From Candidatus Falkowbacteria bacterium (lineage in GTDB: Bacteria; Patescibacteriota; Patescibacteriia; CAIXNZ01), in assembly GCA_016927685.1 (NCBI GenBank), contig JAFGMD010000004.1, positions 1-53,450 on the forward strand: DNA of 53,450 bases, in the 5' to 3' direction. How positions within the stretch are numbered: the first letter of the stretch is position 1; the number at the start of each line of letters is the position of its first letter. Shown piece after piece: positions 52,426 through 53,450 of this stretch. The position numbers were made by a program, and so were the translations under genes. Below the pieces are notes generated by a model. The model ran no database searches. It had not been told where the DNA came from and saw nothing but the letters and a program-made list of their open reading frames with translations.

Positions 52426-53432
52426 TATTGATAGCGATTATTTGTTTTTTTCTAGCTGGACAAAGTCAGCTTCTGGCAGCGCAAGTTAGCTATTTTGCTG
52501 ACCAACTTAGCAATCAGATAATTGCCAATGCCTCAAACCACGAAATAAAATTTAATTTAGGCGCAGATTTCGGACCAGACAAAACTTTGGAGATTTATTT
52601 TGAGCCGGATTTTGACCTAAGTTTAATTGATTATAATGACATTGATTTTTTAGATGACGCTGTTAATGTAAGCTTGGCCTCTCTGCCAGGCAGCGGGACG
52701 GGAAGCGATATGGGCGTTGCAGTTTCTGGGCAAACAATTACTTTTACCCAAAATGATACTGATACAATCAGTGTAAATTCTGAAATTACTATTTTAATTG
52801 GGTTAAATGCAGAATCTCAGACAATTGGCGACCAGCAAATTTATAATCCGGAAATTGCAGGAATATATAAAATAACAATCAGCGGCACTTCTAATAATAC
52901 AGGTCAAATATCAGTTGCCATACTTAACAGCGATTCAATTTTTTTACAGGGCGAGATAGTGCCAGAACTAACTTTAATTTTAAGAAATCCAACAGATACT
53001 GGCGCATTTTCTAACTGCGCTTTTGGCACAATCATTTTAGGGGAGATTAGTATGTGTTCTTATCGTATAGCAGCGAAAACCAATGCTGAACGTGGTTTTC
53101 AGGTATTTGTCAAAACAGATGGCAATTTTAGGTCTAGCGAGTCATATATAGCCAATATTGATGAGAACAATCAGGTTCAGGCAGGTGTAGAGGGGTATGG
53201 AATAGCTTTGAACTCCGGTACAGGTATTATAGAGGTGGGGGATTATAATGATGATGATTCGCAGATTTCCACAGGCGATGCTCTTTTAATAAAAACAAAT
53301 TCAAGCTATAATTATATACAAGGAAGTTTATCAACTTCCAGCTTAGTTACTCATAAAGTGGCTATTTCTGAAACAACATCTCCAGGTCAGTATAGTCAAG
53401 CTATTTTATATACAATTTTAGCTAATTATTAA
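52404..53432 (+). CDS. Secreted beta-sandwich plus WxL/fimbrial-subunit-like protein
   Basis: Signal peptide; SNHEIKF; IVPELTLIL, KTNAERGF, AGVEGYG, C-terminal PGQYSQAILYTILANY. Confidence 0.68.
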   Translation: MQKKKIIILIAIICFFLAGQSQLLAAQVSYFADQLSNQIIANASNHEIKFNLGADFGPDKTLEIYFEPDFDLSLIDYNDIDFLDDAVNVSLASLPGSGTGSDMGVAVSGQTITFTQNDTDTISVNSEITILIGLNAESQTIGDQQIYNPEIAGIYKITISGTSNNTGQISVAILNSDSIFLQGEIVPELTLILRNPTDTGAFSNCAFGTIILGEISMCSYRIAAKTNAERGFQVFVKTDGNFRSSESYIANIDENNQVQAGVEGYGIALNSGTGIIEVGDYNDDDSQISTGDALLIKTNSSYNYIQGSLSTSSLVTHKVAISETTSPGQYSQAILYTILANY

Positions 53433-53450
53433 TAAATATTTATAAATTAA

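Overview
AT-rich bacterial chromosome segment, translation table 11. The gene set (pilins plus prepilin peptidase, SecD with inserted parvulin domains, sigma70-r4/HARE-HTH protein, VirB4/VirD4-like ATPase with a CxxC-x17-CxxC ribbon, stand-alone non-oxidative pentose phosphate cluster, cohesin/dockerin/WxL-like surface cluster) points to a Patescibacteria (CPR) genome. That assignment is inference from gene content. The core backbone is pil-pilD-ligA-raiA, secA-mscL, secD-secF, the PPP operon, rsmI-pepE-metG-cvpA-tatD, a UvrD-nuclease fusion and a surface-protein cluster. Core genes mostly lack a Shine-Dalgarno site and some appear leaderless. Between them lie orphan genes built as self-contained cassettes: terminator, TTGACA-N17-TAnnnT promoter, boxA-like GTTCTTTAAAA leader, AGGAGG, ORF. 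The best candidate new system is at 33.4-42.0 kb. It has four paralogous proteins with variable N-terminal TM helices and a conserved helical domain whose motif pattern resembles Snf7/ESCRT-III-PspA. These flank a tightly coupled J-domain / vWA / transglutaminase-like / membrane protein / micro-TM operon. No rRNA, tRNA, CRISPR array, integrase or transposase was recognised. All family assignments were made by eye from motifs; no searches were run.
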